Below, one piece after another: positions 1 through 13,633 of a DNA stretch of 64,000 nt; positions within the stretch are counted from its first letter, which is position 1, and each line of letters opens with the position of its first letter. The stretch comes from Batkoa obscura (taxonomy: Eukaryota): the NCBI GenBank assembly GCA_030770535.1, contig JASVEC010000011.1:1240001-1304000 (forward strand), given 5' to 3'. The notes beneath the pieces are model-generated. The model saw only the letters and a list, made by a program, of their open reading frames with translations. It was not told the DNA's origin and made no database searches. The position numbers and the translations under genes were made by a program.

Positions 1-1569
1 AAAGAACATCTCATGTGTAAAACTTAGCAAACTAAATATTTATAACATCTATTCAGCAATTAAAGTAATAAGTTATATTTATATTATCCTTCAATACTCT
101 TAACAGCTTCGCAAAATACAAAATAGTGTTTAAGAATTGTAATTACTTTGTAATAAAAGTTTTTGTTTTAATTATCATTTATAAGTTTCATTTAACTATT
201 ACAAACAGTGTAGATATTTACTAACTCTGAAATTATTGTACTAAAAATATAATATTAACGATTTAGTAAAAATAAAGAAGACGAAATAAATCATTCTTTA
301 ATGATATAAAATTATTAGTATAATCTATTATTAATAAATTATGTTATGATCTTATAAATAATTTTTAGCGTAATAAAGGAAACAATATAATCATCTAATT
401 ATACTTGTTTTAAATCTAATTATAATAGTTAAATTTAAAGGTGGTTAAAATTATTATTGTAATTAGTATTTGGTTTACTTTATTTCTCACTATTTTGAAT
501 AAAGTATTGTTTTCAAATAAAGTTTTAATATCAGTATTATAACAACTCAACTTATTCAAAGTATCTATCATATAAATCTTCTTTAATAATTACTACATAA
601 AGTATATTATTTTAACAAACCAAATTTTATTATTTAAAATAGAATTAATAGTTAATTTTAAATTAAGCTGTAACAAAAAAGCCATAAGAAAATTTTAAAA
701 TTTAATTTAATTTAAATAAATCGGCTCGGCTAAAGGAATAATAACGCTTAAGAAGAATGTATAGTAGATCCGTTTTATGCGAATATATATTCAATATATT
801 TTGCGAAATGTATATTTAATGAACAGCAATAAAAATATAGCTATAAGGAAAGTGGTATAAAGAGTTGTATATTTAGCTGATAATAAAAGTTTCTATTCCA
901 AACAACTTTTAGTTTGAGTTTGGTAGTTATGAAATATTTTCTAGATTAAATAACAAATTTAAAATATAAAAAAATGATTTCATAATGAAATCACTCTTAC
1001 TAGGAATCTAGAAACGTTGAAATTTAAAAATAAAAATGAGTCAAATAAAGTTAAATCTAGTTAATAATTTAATGAAGATTTACTTCATTTAATATTTTAT
1101 ATGATTTATATCAAACAACTGAGCTCCAATATTGATAGTAGCAATGATGAAAAATTAAAGATAATTGAAAATATAAACGCAAATAATCCTAGGTCTGATT
1201 AAAGTATTACCGCTAAAACTGTTCCAGCCAATAAAAAACCTTGGTATAAGACCAACTTTAAACATAAACTGACCAGTTAAATTTGGAATCTTAAATTAAC
1301 ACTATTATTATAGATGTTTGCTAATTGACAATTGTTCATGTAAGAATGACCAATAAATTTTTTTGGGATGCCCAATCAAAAAGATATAATGACAAATTTA
1401 AGTAGAGAACTCCCAAATATAGTAATCAAAAATTGGATTGGTAATCAAGGTGTAATTTTGTTATGATTGAACTCAGCAAATATTATAAATATAAAAGCAG
1501 AGACATGAATTTAGGATAAATTTAATTATTGGAAATTTCCAAACATTTTTAAATCATTCAAATATTCAA

Positions 1570-3001
1570 ATGTTTGATAGTCTTCGTTCTATATTAAAAG
1601 GTTCTCCAACTAAATCAAAGTTTGACAACATACACATGAATCAATTACCTGATCATATAGCTGAACAGCTAAAGAAATCGAAAGTTAAGCAGTTTGAATC
1701 TGTCCCTTACTTACATTTCCTTAATAAGCTTGGAGAGTAAGTATTATAATTAAATCTAACAACTAAAGACTTATATTTTATTTAGTGGTGCTTTTAGCAA
1801 TGTCTATAGAGCTTATGACTCTCTTTTAGAAAAAGAGGTAGCTGTAAAGGTAGTAGATAAGCTTCACTTAAGCCCTAGTCAACGTAATTTTGTACATAAA
1901 GAAGTAGCCATTCTTAGAGCTTGTAATCATCCTAATATTGTTAAGCTACATCACTTCCATGAAGACAAATACTATTATATGGTCTCTTTAGAATTAGTCA
2001 ATGGTGGTGAATTATTTAATAAGATCATTGATCATACCTATTTTTCCGAACCATTGTGTCGCCATGTTATCTCTCAAGTAGCTGAAGGAATTAGATATCT
2101 TCATGAAGAGCAAGGTGTAGTTCATCGTGATATTAAACCTGAGAACATCCTATTCGAAAAAATCCCAATAATTGAAGATCCCGAACCTTATTTAGCTAAA
2201 GGATATAAAGTCCATGAAGGGCGTGAAGGTGAAGGTTACATTGTAGAGGGAATTGGTGGTGCTGGTATCGGAAGAGTTAAGATTGCTGATTTCGGGCTTA
2301 GTAAAAAAGTCATGGATAAATGCACACAGACTCCTTGTGGTACAGTTGGTTACACTGCACCAGAAATCGTCAAAGATGAGCTTTACAGTTACTCAGTCGA
2401 CATGTGGGCTTTAGGATGCGTTCTCTATACTTTATTATGTGGATTCCCACCTTTTTATGATGAAGATATTAATATTTTAACCGAAAAGGTAGCACATGGC
2501 TACTTTGAATTCCTTACCCCGTGGTGGGATGATATTTCTAAATCAGCCAAATCTTTAGTATCACATTTATTAGTAGTTAATCCTAAAGTTAGATATGATT
2601 GCAATAATTTGTTTACTCATCCATGGATGCGCCAAGAGAAACCACCAATGGCTAAACGTCGTGCTGCACATTCATTGGCCACACCTATTACACCTAGTGT
2701 TACACTTAAAGCAGCTTTTGATGTTTCATTTGCAGTACAGATTCTTCAAGACGATGATACAAATCGTCGTATAGGAACATTAGATAAAGGCACAGTTTCA
2801 CTTGAAGATACAACAAACTACGAAGCACTCAATTCATTACACGAATCTAATCAAATGAAATTGTTTAACCGTGGTATCCTTGGTGAAGAAGAGGTTGAAA
2901 AAGGATTTGCTCTTAATTTGAATAAGGCCAGTATCCTAGACAAGAGACAAAGAAAAGTAGATAAAGCCCCAAGGAAACAACCCATATCGATAGTAGCTTA
3001 A
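1570..3001 (+). CDS. srk1: MAPK-activated/CaMK-family Ser/Thr kinase (Srk1/Rck2/Cmk2-like), 2 exons
   Basis: ATG 1570; intron ~1737-1785 joins LGD-GAFS glycine loop; VAVK, HRDIKPEN, family-typical GIGGAGIGRVKIADFG insert, TPCGTVGYTAPE. Confidence 0.88.
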
Positions 3002-3690
3002 TTTATTTCTAACTTACAATATACTGCCCAGGGGCTACCTTATATTTTGATCCCTCTAACCTATTATACTTCAAGAGACTTAATTGTTTAAATTTATGTT
3101 ACATTTAATAAATATTTTATTTTAAATAATTTTATAAATAAGTTTTATTTTATTTGATAATACTTTCATAAAAATACATAAGAAATATATTCTATATTTA
3201 AAAGTAGACATGGGATTTGACAAATTAATATTGATTTTTGAACCTTGAGAATGAACAAAAACAGCCTTTAAATCAACCATTTTTTCAGCCTAGTTTAATA
3301 TACTTTTCAGATTTAATTTGATTGAGTTGTTTATTCCTTAAAATAAACCCAACGTATTGGACTAACATACTAATACTAAAACAAGTCATATAGTTGAGGC
3401 CTAATTTAATACTAGTTTCAACTAATAAATACCTTTGGTTTAATAACCTTTTAATTAAAATAGTCTTATTAAACTTGATAGAAACAAGTTTAAAGAAATT
3501 AAGTAAAGTTGAAGAATAGTAGAAAATACTTCATTTTAGTCATTAAATTAATACTATGCTGTTTCTCTTCTCGATATGGCTTCATATTATTTATTTTACT
3601 TACATATTTTGTATATGTGATATTTAACTGTTGCTGTATTTTTTTTGCTTGTGTAGATTTAAACGAATAATTGATTTATCACTCTGTATA

Positions 3691-3791
3691 TGGGGGTGTT
3701 TTTTTTGGTTTCATTATTTTTTACATTTTTTAAGCGCTATTTGAGTGGAAAGATTGTTAGTAAAATCCTTAAACAATAAAATACATCCCCA
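3691..3791 (+). mobile_element. MITE family copy (full length, TA TSD)
   Basis: TA-TGGGGGTGTTTTTTTTG ... AATACATCCCCA-TA, core TTAAGCGCTATTTGAGTGGAAAGATTGTTAGTAAAAT. Confidence 0.88.
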
Positions 3792-4101
3792 TATATTCTT
3801 CTTTTAAATACCTAACGATATAAATGATACTTGCTGCCTCTAATAAATACTCCGAAAACAAAAGAATAATATCTATATTATTCCCTTGATTAAACTTTAG
3901 TTGTAAATGCTTACTTTTATATGGATTATAAGTTTGTAGTCCAGTCCAAATAGTTGTAAGGTTGGATGAAAAACAAACGTAAGAATAAACAATCCTTCTT
4001 TCATATCAGATTCAAAATGATAATTTGGCACAAGCTAAATGTAATCCAATAACATAGGATATCCGTTGACAATTAGCTGATAGTACACTACGAAAAGCAT
4101 A

Positions 4102-4165
4102 TGGGAGTGTTTTTTTTGGTTTCATTGTTTTTTCCCTTTTTTAAGTGCTATTTGAGCGGAAAGAT
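4102..4165 (+). mobile_element. MITE family copy (3' truncated)
   Basis: TA-TGGGAGTGTTTTTTTTGGTTTCATT...AAGTGCTATTTGAGCGGAAAGAT, then stops. Confidence 0.75.
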
Positions 4166-5132
4166 AATAAAATTAAGTAAAATCAATAACATTGCTTGTG
4201 TATTTTCTAAACTATTTTTTAATTTATAAGGATGTAGGAAACATTTTTTGATCTTTGTTTCCAAATATTTTAGTGCTTCTTCTGCTTGTGCACTACTCTC
4301 CAACCATAGTAAGCCACATCCTAATATACAATATCTTAAAGGGATGGAATAGCTAAATACATTAAGCTTGTGTTTGTAAAATATAGGAAAAAGAAAGCAA
4401 GTTTTTTCAAAAAAAGCAGTCAATGGATTAGAAATCAATCGTTTATTAAGGATAAAAGGAGTATGTTTTTGAGGGATAAGTTGTTTACAAAATAAGAATA
4501 AGCCCATCTTTTCACCAAGACAGGTAAATAATTTTAAATCCTTTGTAAATTTTAATAGTTCTGGATGTTGGATTAAAGTCTTTATATCTTCCAGCATCAA
4601 TTTCTTGCAAAAATTGATAAACAAAGTACCCATTTTAACATTGATAGTCCCACCTTTAAGGATCTCTAACTCGTTCATTTAACTACGTTTATCTAAATAA
4701 TACGATATAAATAAGTCTTTTCATTCCTTTTTTTCATCATTTCTTTGTTGTATTTAACACCTTGGGCTTCGAAGACTATTGTTTCTCCTTTTCCTTTATT
4801 AATAGTTTTATCCGATTTCATATTTATTAAACAATTATTTTACAATAAAAAAGTATAAAAAAACCAGTTGTGTTAGTATATTGATATTGATATTGATTTT
4901 AGTGATCTAATTCTCTGTTTTATTTTAGTTCTACTAAATTGCATGCCTTTAATAAAGTTATTTATGAGATTTATTTTGTTATAAGTATTGATATATTATA
5001 AAATATTAAATTAGCTCAAGAACCCTAACATACTCAATTATAAAACTTTATGTATAACTCAATAGAAGAGCAGTGAAATTTCATAGCAAAACTTGACTTT
5101 TTGTCTTGAAGTAGTCTATTATACTTAATATA

Positions 5133-5233
5133 TGGGGATGTATTTTTGTATTTAAGAATTTTACTAACAATTTTTCCGCTCAAATAGTGCTCAAAAGATG
5201 GAAAAAGCGATGAAACCAAAAAAAAAAACCTCA
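5133..5233 (-). mobile_element. MITE family copy
   Basis: Reverse complement of consensus, TA flanks. Confidence 0.85.
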
Positions 5234-5479
5234 TACTTTATTTCATTCAAAATAAATTTTTATTGAGTTTAAATTATATATCTCAGCTCTTTTATTTATT
5301 GAGCTTTTTACTATAAAAACACCAAATTATAAAAATATATAAAAACAGTATAAAATTTTATAGATACACAAACCTGTTTATCTAATTGCAACTATGTTAA
5401 AACTAATAAGTTAAATTACAAATTAAAAAATTGTTTTAAAATAATTAAATACTAATTTCAATGTTTAAGACCAAGAGAT

Positions 5480-5552
5480 GCCTTCTTGGCTCAGTTGGCA
5501 GAGCGTCCGCCTAGTAAGCGGAAGGTCATTGGTTCGATTCCGATAGAAGGCA
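5480..5552 (+). tRNA. tRNA-Thr (anticodon AGT), intronless
   Basis: Cloverleaf: acceptor GCCTTCT/AGAAGGC, D-stem GCTC/GAGC, anticodon stem TCCGC/GCGGA with loop CTAGTAA, T-loop TTCGATT. Confidence 0.95.
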
Positions 5553-5572
5553 TGTATATATAATCCCATGAG

Positions 5573-5663
5573 TGGGATATTTTTTGGGTTTCATCACCTT
5601 TTCCATCTTTTAAGCACCATTGGGTGGAAAAAATGTTGGTAAGATTCTTAAGAGACATCTCCT
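5573..5663 (+). mobile_element. MITE family copy (degenerate)
   Basis: TGGGATATTTTTTGGGTTTCATCAC...TAAGCACCATTGGGTGGAAAAAATGTTGGTAAGATTCTTAA. Confidence 0.7.
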
Positions 5664-5886
5664 TATAATTTTTTTAGGCTAAATAAACATTTGTAAATAT
5701 TAAGATAGTTAAAGGTGAACAATATACTCAAGAATGTTCACTATGTTTTTAAAAAATTGAAAATTACTTTATATAGCTATCTATTTTATAGTTCATTTAT
5801 TAAATCAATTGATTGAATGTTGTAGCAATAATAATCAAAAATTTTTATATATCAGTCAAACTTTTTGTTTTTTTGAAAAAAAAGAA

Positions 5887-7389
5887 ATGTTGACTTTAGA
5901 AAACGAAGCTTTACTCAATGACTTTGAAGATGTTCAAAAAGACGAATTAAACAACAATAAGCTCAATTATTACAAGTATTACTATCCGCTACTATTAACA
6001 GTATTAATTTTAATAAGTAGCGTCTATTTTTTTGAATTCTTTTATAAAACCATAGTTATCTTAACGATGAAAGAAGTCAAAAGCTTGTCTTTAGCATCAA
6101 GCTATACTTTTATCAGTTTTATTCTATTTATTTGGAATATACTGGTAATGACTTTGTATGGTTGGTTGTTATTAATGTAAGGTTTTTTATTTCAATAGCA
6201 ATAGTATATTTTATTTATTTATTATTTTAGTTATCCAAAACATTATTCGGTTTATATAATTTTATTGAACAGCTTATTACTCTTCAGCTTATCTATCTTT
6301 TCATTATTTTTAGGGTCATTATTCTTGGCTATGAGTTGTGTTTTAGTACTATTATTTATTATATTTAAAGAGTTGACCACTTTTCAAAATTTAATTAAAA
6401 GGAATCAAGAACAAAGTAAAATATTAGAGGACCAGTTCCATTTATTATTATTAATGAATCAAACGATTGTTAAGTTTATTAAGTTCATTTGGGAAAAGTG
6501 GTCAAGGTTGAGGATAGCAATAGCATCTGCGATAATGATAGGAGTACTACTAACAGCTTCAATAACTATTTATTGGTATTTATATGTCTCAATTGTGCAT
6601 TGTAATGTGTTAAATACATGTTATTATACTAATTTAAGTTTGATGTTGTTCTTGGGTTGTAAATTATATTGGTTAAGCTGGTTGTTTCATTATAGTAGTC
6701 ACCGTTTGCAAAGTTATTATTTGAAATTATTCGATGGCTTTTATAAAAGTAGTAATAGTAACAATAATAGTGGTGAGAGTATCAATAGTAATATTATAAT
6801 TGATGATAGGCAGTTTCAATTTAATTTGTTATCTTATTCGTTGATAAAACCAATAATATCTTTGATAGCTATGTTTAAAAATCAATTTGTTATTAACAAT
6901 TTAATACACTCTTATTTATTATTTAACAGTAGTAACAACAAAAGTAATCCATTAATACGTAACTTGATAAGACTAAATATAAACAAGAATCACTACTGGT
7001 ATTGCTTTATTAAAGATGTCATTATTTTTAGATTACTAAATTACGGTAATTGTTAAAATATAATAATAATAATAATTAATTATTTTGTATCTTTAGTTAA
7101 GTTCAATTTGTTATTGATACAATTAATAATGAATTATAGTATAATAATAATATTTAATTTGGAAGTTGAATTTAGTTCTACTTTTACTTTAATATTAAAT
7201 TTAGTTTTAATATTAATTGTAAATTATTTTATATTATTTATACTGTTTAATTATTTGGAACATATATTCATTCGATTTTTGTTATTAATTTATACTGATT
7301 TTACAACCTTAAATAATTTAAATAATGAATTATACATATTGGTAAGCTACATATTCTTTCTGACTATTCTTTTACTAAAAATAATTTAA
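5887..7389 (+). CDS. Uncharacterised multi-pass membrane protein, 3 exons
   Basis: ORFs 5809, 6265 and 7108 join in frame through GT-AG introns ~6177-6230 and ~7047-7096; many hydrophobic segments; no family recognised. Confidence 0.6.
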
Positions 7390-7479
7390 ATAGATAAAAG
7401 AAAGATATATAATAACTGAAGAAGAAGAAACTGACAGTATAAACTCGATAATAATAACAGATTTTTAATCTTTTATTTT

Positions 7480-10180
7480 TTAAAGCAAATTATGTAATTT
7501 GTTTAATAATCCACTAATCTTTGTATTATTTTTATACTTAACAACAAATTCCTTTTGGATTCTAGTTGGCATTTCTAATTGTTCTAATAACAATTCAATA
7601 TCCTCTTGGTATTTCTGATAATTTAAATAAACATTATAAATCGCTACAAAACTTCGATAATTTAATTCCTCATGGTCAATCAACAATAACTCATTCAATA
7701 GCAATAAAAACTCATTGATGTTTTCCACTGTAAACTTAGTAACATTAGGATTGAGCTGAGATAAATTAACAAATATAGAAGAATAAGCTAAATTACAATT
7801 GATACTTGATTGGTTAATGAAAGGCTCAATCACATTCAATTGCTGTAATAATAAATTCATATTATTATAAACTAAACCGTTATTAGTTTGATTAACTAAT
7901 AATAAATTGGATGTTAATTTAAATGAAATCATTAATAAAATATCCGTCGTTTTATCAAATGGCTTTATGTTTGAATATAAATGGTTGTTTAAATACTCCA
8001 TGACATTAAATTCCTTCTCTAAATCAATAAAGCTGCTTAAATAACGCAATAAATCCAAGATGGGGAATTTATATTCTTTGTTTACTTTAACAAATTGTTG
8101 CAATAGCAATTGAATCACCTGTTTCATTTCATCACTTTTACTAGTTGTATTCTTCATTGTTTGATGTATTAATTGCAAGTTATCTTGTTCAAGTTTATTC
8201 TATATAGACATAAATATTAAAGGTTAATCAAATATATTGCTATTATAGTAAAATTACCTCATCTGATTGTAATAAATTAAATTCGTTGAATTTATTCATT
8301 ACTTGGTCAATGTTAATTTTGGTATAATTAATCTTTTCACTAATGATTGTTGATGTAGTAGTAGTAGTAGTATTACTACTACTATTGACGCTCTTATTCC
8401 TATTACTTCCAGTGTAAGGGTCAGGATTAACAAAGTTACTGTTATTGTTATTAGTACTACTATCAATAGTAATAGGTTTGCCATTTTGATTAATGAATTG
8501 TACAATTTGGTCTAAATATTCTACAGGTAATTGATTTTGTTGAATGAAATTCATTGCTACTGTAAATGGATTATCAACCGCGTTATAAGGTAATTTTAAA
8601 TTAGGAGCTCCTTCACTTAAATTGATATCAAACACATAATCGTATTCTTTGCCTATAATAAAATAATAAGTATTTTATATTATTATATTGTTTACAACAT
8701 TATTAATTACCTTGATATAATTGTTTTCTACTATTACCCACCGCATCTACTACTTCTCCAATCTTAGCCCATTCTTGATTATTCATACTCCATTGGTATG
8801 CTTCTACATTATTTAAATTATTACGTATCATTTTAACTTCACCTTCTTTATTTCCTTTTCTTTCTAATCCTTCAATACCCTCTAATTTCTCTTTTTGAAT
8901 ATCTCCTACTTGATTGGTATTGATACTTTGTTGCCCTACTTTCTCTTCAAAAGCCTAATTTTTATTTAGTACATTGTTATATTATTATTTATTATTATTT
9001 TCTTACTTTAAGAGTATCATTATCAGCTACTTCTTCTTGGATTTTAGTAAATACACGAACTACTGAATCTGAACTTCCAGCGACGATATTTTGATTAGGT
9101 AATACTTTTAAGGTCCAAATCGATAGGGCTGGTAATGTAATTGTTTGAATACATTTTCCCTCTACAATAAAATTATGTTATGATGTTAGTAATTATTAAT
9201 ATAATTATTATATTAATTACCTTTCCAGATCCTTACACTACGATCTTCACCACTTGAAGCAAATAAAAATTGTCCTGGATCGATAGTTTGCACAGAATAA
9301 ACAAATGAGGTATGTCCATGTAACTCTTGAATTAAGTTAAAAGAATAATCCCATACTTTAACGACTCCATCATTTCCACAAGAAATAAATCCTAAATTTT
9401 CAACTTCATCAATACTACGTACACAATCAGTATGTGCTTGAATTGTATGAATTAAACTTCCAGTATTTGCATCCCATATTTTTATTGTTTTATCTGCTGA
9501 ACCTAAATAAATATTCATTAAAAAAATTCTCAAGTTTAATTATGCTTAATACTTACCAGATACAATCCATTGTTTACTCTTTAAATATTTAACTGCCCAA
9601 ACAGCTTGTTCATGGCCAAAGAAAGTAAATTGTAGATTAAAATCTTTCCACACTTTTATAGTTCTATTTGTTTTATTACTAGTTAAGTTATGTTACTAAA
9701 TTAATTATAAATTCTTACTTATCCCAACTACCAGTAATAATACGATGATCCTCGGTTAAATCAATACAGCATATATTATCATTATGCCCTGTTAAGCTCA
9801 TAATAGCACTATCTAGCTGTTGTGGATGATGAATATATACTATTTTGGCGCTACCAGCTGATAAATAATACTCTAAATTAAAACAAATTAACTCTTATTT
9901 TTGTATATTTAATGTTAACTTAATTACCATCATTCTTTTCACTCTTTGGTAAATATTTAACGCAATTTAAAAACTTATTTGTAGTTAAATATATCTTATC
10001 ACCATCCACTCGTAAACTACCATCTCTACTTACTGATAGTATACTGCCATCTAAAGTGTTATAATCCACTCCTTTAACCTAATTGTTGTTTGTTTAACAA
10101 ATGTATATAGATAAGCTTATTGTCTTTACATCTTGTTCATGGCCTACGATTTCTTTACTTAATTGATAATAGTCATTCAT
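7480..10180 (-). CDS. DOA1: Doa1/Ufd3/PLAA ubiquitin-Cdc48 adaptor (WD40-PFU-PUL), multi-exon
   Basis: Start MNDYYQLSKEIVGHEQDVK; WD40 repeats (GSADKTIKIW, HGHTSFVYSV, SSGEDRSVRIW); PFU YVFDINLSEGAPNLKLPYN..YLDQIVQFI..DPYTG; helical PUL C-terminus. Confidence 0.92.
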
Positions 10181-10454
10181 TTTATATTATTGCTATTTGA
10201 AATTAAAATCTTTTATTTGTCTAAATATACACTTTTAGTTTAATTGCTTTAGTTTTGAGTGATTTTTTATTGGTGGATGGCTAAGTTTTTAAAAATTTAT
10301 CGCTTAGCTTTGACGAGTATGACATAAGCAAAAATAAAAGTAAAAAATACGAAAAAAAATAAAAGATAAAAAACAAATAAATAAAAATTATGAAATTTTA
10401 TTAATATATACATAAAATACAGTAATAAATAATAATAAATAAAAAATAAACTGT

Positions 10455-13400
10455 TCAATTAAGTCCCATACGATAACCTCTAAACTTGTTAGAATGATCA
10501 TAAACATTTAAATCCGTACGATTATTTTTAGTATATTTTAACCTAGCTAATTCAATTTCAAACTCATCCACATTTTCGAAGGAAAAGTTATTAGCTGTTG
10601 TTAAATTTTCATTATTAGGTGAATCTATAATAAACCAACTTAAATAACTTAAAATAAAACTGTTAAAGAAACATACTTAGATTGTTTTCAACTATATTAT
10701 CCGTACAACTTGAGGAGCATAAAGTGGTTGGCGAATTAATAATTTCTAAATAAGCAAAATGAACGAAATTCTACAAAAGCAATGAAAAGTAATTTACCAA
10801 ATTCTTCTGAAAAAGGAGACTCTGAAAAATAATTTGATAATGGTGTATTTAATCCCACGGTATTTCTAAACTGAGGTTGGAATGAAATAAGCTGGCTAAA
10901 CAACTTTTTATTGTTTGGTGGAGATAAATAAGGTTGAATAGCTATTAAATAACATCGAATATTAATCTTTATTACTTTGTTACTTTATTACTTTATTATT
11001 TTATTTACCTTTTTTAGACAACTGTGTTAATGGTACACTTTTCATTTTGTTTTGTTTTTGCTTAATAGGCATGGTAATAGTACCATTATGATTATAACCT
11101 AAACAAGATTTTATCAAATTATATCATTATATTAATAACTTTTAACTTACCTATATTTATCTTTGATTTTAATTCACATTTATTACACAAATTTAAATAA
11201 TAAGTTTGGGTGCTTTTAATCTATAATTATTAGCTTAGAAGTTAATAAATTATTTACGTTAGTTAAATTTTACCTTGTATTGTTTATTATTATTATTATT
11301 ATTCTCATTATTGTTATTACTATTGATAAGTCCCAATGGATTTTCATTATTAATTTGATAGCTTAATAAACTACCTCTACTGATTCGATTGGATTCATTT
11401 AAATAGACACTATTTTTACAACTTGAGTCATTACTTTTACTTTCTTTAATTAATTTTGGATTGAAACCACTTAATCTATTATTATTGTCAATATTTATAT
11501 TTAAGTCTAACTCTAGTTCCTCATTATTGTTGGTATTATATCTAAGTTCATCTGTCTCATTTCCTTCTTTCTCATTATTCTGAGTAAGTTCATTTGTTTC
11601 ATCACTCACTTCCTTACTAATACAAGTTATTTGATTTTTCACCTTAACTCCAGTCTCCTTATTATTATTATCGGAATCTGATCCAACTATTTTATCGTCC
11701 ACTTCTTTATTATTACGCTTTAACATATTTGCTTCATTGTCCATTTTGTTGTTATTATTACACTTAAATTCATTTACTTCATCACCCACTTTCTTATTAT
11801 TGTAAATTATTTGTTTTTCTACCTCAGCTTCCGTTTTATTACTATTGATATCATGTATTAATCCATCTGGCTCGTCATACACTTTTTTATTAGCATCATA
11901 TATTGATTCTTTTGTGTTTTGTTCCGTTTCCCTATTACTTTTACATTTTGATTCAGCTGCCACTTTGTTTTCTTCATTGTTATAACCACCGTACTCTAAT
12001 TCAATTGTTTCCATATCCTTTTCAGTGCTGTTGTCACTATTACTGTTGTACTTTAATTCAGCGGTATTTACATTCACTCCTTTGTTATTATCGCGTTTTA
12101 ATTCAACTGTCGTCAGTTTCAGTTCCTTATCATCGTCATCAAACAACCCCTTCATATTATCCTCTAAACTATTCAACCAATTGGTTTTATTATTAGTATT
12201 ATTAACTTTGTTGTTTGAGTTTGGGGAGCAATCTGTGAAATTGTAATCTTTAAATTCAAAATCATTTAAATAATTTTCGCCTTTCAGTTGATAATCTTCC
12301 AGTGCAGACTCGCTCTTTCTTCTTGAATTGCTATCTTTTTTAGTACCTTCAAATAGTAATAACAAGTTCTCACTTTTTCCTTTTAATTTGTTATTGTTAT
12401 TATTATCATTGTTACTTTGATTCTCCATTACTTTAGATAAAGGAATTGAGCGAACTGGTGAGTCTTTATTTGAGTAATTACTTAACGAAGAAGGTGAAAG
12501 CAACCAAGAATTATTTTCCGACTGTTCTCTAACTTTATTAAAAAATCCAGCTGACTCTAAGCTAACATCATTGACATTATTATTGCTCTCAATAATAGTA
12601 TTAAAATTGATCAGGCTTTTAACTTTGTTATGTTTATGGGTTTTATTAATTTTGATATTATTGGTTTGTTTCAATTGATTCATTTCTCTTAGCGAACATA
12701 CCAGCTTCTCTTTGACAACCCTCTTTTCGTTCTCTTCATTCTTTAACATACCTCTCAACTTATTGACTTGTTGACCCAATTGAATTTTGTCTTGTAAAAT
12801 TTGTTCTATCTCTTCTTTTAAACTAGATAAATAACTATCCAAAACTTGGTTTTCTTTCATCAACTTAACTTTGCTTTGTTTTTCCTTTTGAAAATTAAAA
12901 CTCAAAACTTCTTGCCCTGTTTCATATTCGATTAACTGCTCTTTTAATTCCATCATTTCTTTTTCTATCCTTTCTCTTTCGCGTTGTTCCTTTTGTATCC
13001 TCTTTTCATACTTTTCTTGCCAATGTTGTAGCTCTTTATTTTCCTACAAAAAATTAGTTTCTACCAAAAAAGTCAAAAAACAGAACATCTACCGAAACGG
13101 TCAGCCCTTCTAATACTGCTTGATTGTTTTCATTGAAGCTAACTTGCTTCCTTAATAACTGTTGAGGATAAACCAAAGGGGATTGGAAATCTAGAGGAAA
13201 GTTCATAGATGCTGCTCTACTTCTTAAAACTTTAAAGTTGGGTGAAGCTGTAGCTCGTGGTAAGGGTGAGTCTCTTTTCACCGTTTGTATCCAAGACTCT
13301 CGATCTCCACTCTTACCAGACTCAGGTAAAGAACTACTTACCATACTTTTACTATTGTCAAGTATATCATCAATAGTTAACACCATCATATCTGTGTAGT

Positions 13401-13633
13401 TTTGTTTTATGGTCAGTATTAAAGTTTCTAATGAGTTTTGATCATCTTGCTCAGTTAACTCCGCTTTTTTTATTTCCAACTCTTCAATTAACTTGTTCGC
13501 CCGTAGTTTATTGTTATATTCGTAGAAGATTGCTTTGATGACCAAGTCTAAAGTGTCTCTTTCCTGGTTATAAGGAGTTAATTATAGTCTATTTTATCTT
13601 AGTAATTGGACTTACTCTGCCTTTAACTCTCAT
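10455..13633 (-). CDS. Hypothetical coiled-coil / low-complexity protein, multi-exon
   Basis: ATG 13633 (MRVKGR) spliced to ORFs 13054 and 11259, plus several small GT-AG-bounded exons ending near ...RGYRMGLN* at 10455; exon structure partly inferred. Confidence 0.55.

Larger units (their letters stand above)
3210..4821 (-). pseudogene. Decayed member of the fungal Zn2Cys6-type transcription factor family seen at 51.8-64 kb (middle/C-terminal region), interrupted by two MITEs, stops and frameshifts
   Basis: Manual alignment to the 563/565-aa ORFs: FFEKTCFLFPIF..CILGCGLLWLE vs FIYNNKILPLF..TILVCGLSWME; SANCQRISYVIGLH..YERR vs LAHCYRSSFILQLN..KERA; LLNQRYLLVETSIKLGLNYMTCFS..FILRN vs SLNECYSIINLSISLNFSYTLTFS..FILRH. 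Confidence 0.75.

Noticed and set aside
975..1510. Coding-like stretch upstream of the kinase (similar stretches at ~19900-20500, ~28530-28790, ~45300-46100, ~54000-54370)
   Set aside because: All frames interrupted and no family recognisable by eye; may be old pseudogenes but would need TBLASTX/HMM evidence
3960..4030. In-frame TGA codons suggesting recoding or an alternative genetic code
   Set aside because: The same region has TAA stops, frameshifts and MITE insertions; TGA terminates an intact gene at 51857
5034..5234. Similar small ORFs 5034-5234 and 43043-43291 (MR..FLVSSLFP..) as a peptide family
   Set aside because: They are chance translations of MITE copies (and a tRNA)
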